DNA of 64,000 nucleotides from Candidatus Kapaibacterium sp. (GTDB lineage Bacteria > Bacteroidota > Ignavibacteria > Kapaibacteriales > Kapaibacteriaceae). Below the pieces are notes generated by a model. It saw nothing but the letters and a program-made list of their open reading frames with translations. It searched no databases and was not told where the DNA came from. The position numbers and the translations under genes are program-made. Every line of letters starts with the position of its first letter. The first letter of the stretch is position 1. The stretch is from contig JBGAJM010000012.1 of assembly GCA_044224925.1 (NCBI GenBank), positions 1,510-65,509 on the forward strand, in the 5' to 3' direction. This document shows positions 60,410-64,000 of this stretch, piece after piece.

Positions 60410-61861
60410 TCACCAGTGCTTCGTTGCCGTTGCAACGTTGCCCCATGTGTTCGTGATGGTGATCCGCATGTCCGTACTTGACGCAGAGATCGCACTTGGA
60501 TCGCGCAGCGGAACTTCGAATCGAGAGAGGATGCCGTCGTTCGTTCGCACGAGTCGCGCCGTTCCGCGTGCAGCCGTGAGCGTATCGGTGCGCACAGCGC
60601 CACCGACGGTGCTTTGTGCGATCACGCGGACATCACATTGCGTGGGAATGTGGTCCGTGAAGTCCACGATCAACGTCGGCACGTTGTCCATACGCACCAT
60701 CTCTGCGCCCTTGAAATCCGGTCGGTCCTCCAACGCAACACGTTGGACTTCGGTGCTACGCTTCAGATGCTCGACGTGAACGGTGGGTACGTTCACGGTG
60801 CGCACGGCTTTCCGACGGTTCGCATCGATCGTGAAATACTCGATGTTCATGATGTCTTGACTCTTTGCGCTCACCACACCATCGCCCGGTTCGAAGAGCG
60901 CCGGCGCACCTCCGCCGAACACACCGAGCGTCTTACGCAAGAGCTCTTGAATGAACCCTTCACTGAGCTTCGATGCACCGTTGAACATATCGATGGTGCC
61001 GATCACGCTCACGTACTCCAGGTCAAGCGGATGCGCACGCTTGCCGAGCCGCGTAAGAAACACGCCGCCATCTTCCGGACGTCGGAGGTCGCGCACGGCA
61101 GGGGCGTTGTAGGGAACATCGTCTTCGGTGCCTTGAATAGCGCTCAATGCCGCCTTGCAGGGCGTGTTCACGATCACGTTCGAAGATGCCGCGCACTGCT
61201 CAAGGTCCGTCTTCCACGTCCACACCTTTGCGAACGGCGACCCAAGATGCGGCGTGCCCACGGTGATCAGTCGCTTCACATGATGGTCGGTATATCGTTC
61301 GGTGAGATACTGCCGCGCCGCAAGTCCACCCATGCTATAGCCGATCAAGATCACGCGGTCGGCACCGGTCTGCTTCAGAACGAAGTCCACACAGGTCTCC
61401 AGCTCCTTGCCCCATGCGGCCACGGAGTCGTACGGGTTCGAGAACGAAACGATATAGAAATCACCATCTTGGTTCCCCGCCGCATTCGTCTGCACCACAC
61501 CATGCTGTACGCGCAACGTCCCGCCATTCGACAACCCAAGGTCCTTCGAGAAATACTTCGTCGCCTCACCACTCCACACATCGGACTTCTGTCCGAGCCC
61601 ATGCAGCAGCAGCACCGGATACGGCACATGCATCGTTGTGATCTCGCGTGGCGGCGTGTAGGATGGAAGGGTGGAAAGGCGGGAGGGGATGGTGGAGCAA
61701 GAAACTAAGAAGAGAGTTACGAGGAGAGTTACGAGTGACAAGTGACGAGTGACGAGTTGAGTGACAAGTGACAAGTGACGAGTGACGAGTTGAGTGACAA
61801 GTGACAAGTAACGAGTGACGAGTTGAGTGACGAGTGACAAGTGACGAGTGACAAGTTGCAT
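60410..61861 (-). CDS. Lipoprotein alpha/beta hydrolase (lipase/esterase-like) with repeat-derived N-terminus
   Basis: PVLLLHG, GYSMGG nucleophile elbow, GTPHLGS and GDGVV. Lipobox LVSC is preceded by (QLVTRHLSLVT)x4. Start codon is uncertain. Confidence 0.8.
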   Translation of the reverse strand: MQLVTRHLSLVTQLVTRYLSLVTQLVTRHLSLVTQLVTRHLSLVTLLVTLFLVSCSTIPSRLSTLPSYTPPREITTMHVPYPVLLLHGLGQKSDVWSGEATKYFSKDLGLSNGGTLRVQHGVVQTNAAGNQDGDFYIVSFSNPYDSVAAWGKELETCVDFVLKQTGADRVILIGYSMGGLAARQYLTERYTDHHVKRLITVGTPHLGSPFAKVWTWKTDLEQCAASSNVIVNTPCKAALSAIQGTEDDVPYNAPAVRDLRRPEDGGVFLTRLGKRAHPLDLEYVSVIGTIDMFNGASKLSEGFIQELLRKTLGVFGGGAPALFEPGDGVVSAKSQDIMNIEYFTIDANRRKAVRTVNVPTVHVEHLKRSTEVQRVALEDRPDFKGAEMVRMDNVPTLIVDFTDHIPTQCDVRVIAQSTVGGAVRTDTLTAARGTARLVRTNDGILSRFEVPLRDPSAISASSTDMRITITNTWGNVATATKHW

Positions 61862-61995
61862 TGGGAAGGAAAAGAGAAGTAAAAGAGAAGTAAGAAAGAA
61901 GTAAAAGAGAAGTACGAAGTAGCGAAACGACAAGTGCACGAGTGTCGGTTAAACTCGTCACTTGTCACTCGTAACTCGTAACTCAACTTGTCACT
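61714..61995. repeat. Composite heptamer inverted repeat with 11-mer purine spacer
   Basis: (RAGTKAC)n at 61714-61856 with a 33-bp higher-order period. (AAAAGAGAAGT)x4 at 61870-61913. Inverted (ACTYGTM)n at 61952-61995. Confidence 0.9.
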
Positions 61996-63277
61996 TTCTT
62001 ACCTTCATCCTCACCTTCTCCACCCTTCTCGGTGTACTCTCGAGGATCGTCACCACATAGTGTTCGAGGGTGACCACGTCGCCTTGTTTGGGGACGCGAC
62101 CGGAGTGGGCGTTGATGAGGCCGCCGATGGTCTCATACTCGCCTTCGTCGGGAAGGGGGATGGGGAGGACGTCGTTCGCCTCTCCGATATGGACGGAGGC
62201 AGCGAGTTCGAATTCTTCTTGAGTGGGCGTGGCGAGGATCTCGCTTTCGTCGTCGTATTCATCCTGAATGTTGCCGACGATCTCTTCCATGATGTCTTCG
62301 AACGTCACGAGGCCTGCCGTGCCGCCGAACTCATCGAGCACGATCACCATGTGCACCTTGCGTCGCTGCATGTCGCGAAGCAATTGCTGCAGCATCAGGT
62401 CCTCTTGCACGAAGATGGCCGGACGGAGGATGTCCTGAATGATGATGAGATCTCGGTGATGCATGAGCGTGAGCAGGTCCTTCGCATAGACGATGCCAAC
62501 GATCGTATCGATGGAGCCGCGGTAGACGGGAAGGCGACTGTATCCTTCTTCCATCACGTAGTCCAGCATCTCGCTGCTCGACATACCGATCTCGAGTCCG
62601 ATGATGTTGGAACGGGGGATCATCACCTGACCGGCCGTGGTCTCGGTGAACTCGAACACGTTCTCGATGAGCTCGCGCTCGGTCGACTCCAGGCCGCCCT
62701 CGGTCGACTGTTGAATGAGATACCGTATCTCGTCCGGACTATGCACCTCGTGCTCCGGAGCAGGCTGAATGCCGGCCATGCGCAGGATGGTGTTCGACAT
62801 CCAGTTGAGGGCCAGAATGATCGGACGAAACACGAACATGAAGGCGCGCAGCGGCAAGGCCACGGCAAGGGTCACCGCTTCACTGCGTCGAATGGCCAAG
62901 GTCTTCGGCGCTTGCTCGCCCAACACGATGTGCAAGACCGTGATGATGGAGAAGGCAATGGTGAGGCTGATCGTGTGCAACGTTGGAGCGCTCAGTTCCC
63001 AACCCACGAACACGACGAATTGCTGAATGATGTCCGACACAACGCTTTCTCCGATCCAACCAAGACCTAGCGAGGCAAGCGTGATGCCGAGCTGCGTGGC
63101 CGAGAGATAGGCGTCGAGATGCGTGAGCATGTGTCTGGCCACAACGGCCAACATGTTGCCCTCGCGCGCCTTGAGTTCGAGTGCAGAGGCCCGCACTTTC
63201 ACAATGGCGAATTCGGCGGCGACGAAGAATCCGTTCAGAAAGACAAAGAAGAGGGTAAGGGCGATGTTGCCGAGCAT
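61991..63277 (-). CDS. Hemolysin-family / CNNM-CBS-CorC domain protein
   Basis: LNGFFVAAEFA, TQLGITLASLGLGW, GYSRLPVY and DEFGGTAGLVTFEDIMEEIVG motifs. Confidence 0.93.
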   Translation of the reverse strand: MLGNIALTLFFVFLNGFFVAAEFAIVKVRASALELKAREGNMLAVVARHMLTHLDAYLSATQLGITLASLGLGWIGESVVSDIIQQFVVFVGWELSAPTLHTISLTIAFSIITVLHIVLGEQAPKTLAIRRSEAVTLAVALPLRAFMFVFRPIILALNWMSNTILRMAGIQPAPEHEVHSPDEIRYLIQQSTEGGLESTERELIENVFEFTETTAGQVMIPRSNIIGLEIGMSSSEMLDYVMEEGYSRLPVYRGSIDTIVGIVYAKDLLTLMHHRDLIIIQDILRPAIFVQEDLMLQQLLRDMQRRKVHMVIVLDEFGGTAGLVTFEDIMEEIVGNIQDEYDDESEILATPTQEEFELAASVHIGEANDVLPIPLPDEGEYETIGGLINAHSGRVPKQGDVVTLEHYVVTILESTPRRVEKVRMKVRK

Positions 63278-63289
63278 GTACGAATATAG

Positions 63290-64000
63290 TTAGGGTGTGG
63301 TGCGCAGCATGTCGAACGTGGTGGTCACGATCCGTCGCTCCAGATGATGCGAGTAGTAGGCACTGAGAAAGGCGTCGATCTCGACGCGATCGGCATCAGA
63401 AATGGTGAACGACCCTGCATCGAAGGCCGATGCCTCCATGAGCTCTCGCATCACGGCATAGGCAGAGGCAGAGATCTGATATCCTCGCAGCCCTGCCACC
63501 GTCATCATCCCATTCTCCAGCGAAAGGTACAGGGAGTTGCCGGCGCCGTACGGACCGCTGTCGGGAAGGCCAAAGCCCATAAGGGTGGCAAGGTGGAGCC
63601 GGAAGACCATTCCGATGGCCACGGGACGGGAGGCCTGCTCGAGGGCGTTGAGGGAGTCCACCAGGAGCGTGAAGAGCTCTTCGTTGGGCTCTTCGTCCCG
63701 CTGGGTGCGCACCACGGTCTCGCACAGGGAAAGGCCAAGGGTGAGGTGGTCGAACGACTCGTGCAGCATACGCCGCTGGACGGTGACCTCGGCCTGTGAG
63801 ATCGTCTGCAGTTCGCGCATTTTCTTGTGGTAGACCGTAACGGCGCACTGGCGGAGCGGGTCGAGGGCGCTCCCGAACGGACTTTTCGGCGTCCGCGCGC
63901 CCTTGGCATGCACGTGCATCTTCCCGTGGGAACGGGTGTAGAGCACGGCGATCCGCGACGTGTCGCCGTATTTTCGCGAGTGGAGAACGATGGCCTCGGT
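63290..64000 (-). CDS. recO: DNA repair protein RecO (5'-partial)
   Basis: TEAIVLHSRKYGDTSRIAVLYTRSHGK...AKGARTPKS. The frame is open to the window edge. Confidence 0.88.
   Translation of the reverse strand, partial: TEAIVLHSRKYGDTSRIAVLYTRSHGKMHVHAKGARTPKSPFGSALDPLRQCAVTVYHKKMRELQTISQAEVTVQRRMLHESFDHLTLGLSLCETVVRTQRDEEPNEELFTLLVDSLNALEQASRPVAIGMVFRLHLATLMGFGLPDSGPYGAGNSLYLSLENGMMTVAGLRGYQISASAYAVMRELMEASAFDAGSFTISDADRVEIDAFLSAYYSHHLERRIVTTTFDMLRTTP

Overview
This is a GC-rich (roughly 60% by eye) bacterial chromosomal segment from the FCB group. Six proteins with T9SS C-terminal domains, TAnnTTYG '-7' promoter boxes and the gene content point to Ca. Kapabacteria or an Ignavibacteria-like lineage (inference). 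Housekeeping genes are kmo, FAH, PBP1A, ompA-like, aat, trmB, secDF, purA, ppx, degP, kup, gcdH, the rimP-nusA-infB-rbfA-truB-ribF-rpsO-pnp operon, a CNNM/hemolysin-family gene and recO. Accessory content includes a tandemly duplicated T9SS gene pair with a 1907-aa unknown protein, and a TonB-dependent receptor plus internally duplicated T9SS protein sitting behind four 11-bp-phased Pho-box-like repeats. The most striking signal is a four-helix-bundle (23S rRNA IVP/bAvd-like) gene at 44622-45092 enclosed by two long inverted arms. Each arm is a ~37-bp leader motif plus a tandem array of GTGTCSCAC cores. Gene-less copies of the same module lie at 38.4 kb and 47.8 kb, and a related heptamer hairpin lies at 61.7-62.0 kb. 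All of these start at a stop codon with the same polarity, which makes this a candidate REP/REPtron-like or intervening-sequence-like system. No rRNA, tRNA, CRISPR array, transposase or reverse transcriptase was recognised. Two frameshifts (about 4270 and about 19887) may be real or may be assembly errors.
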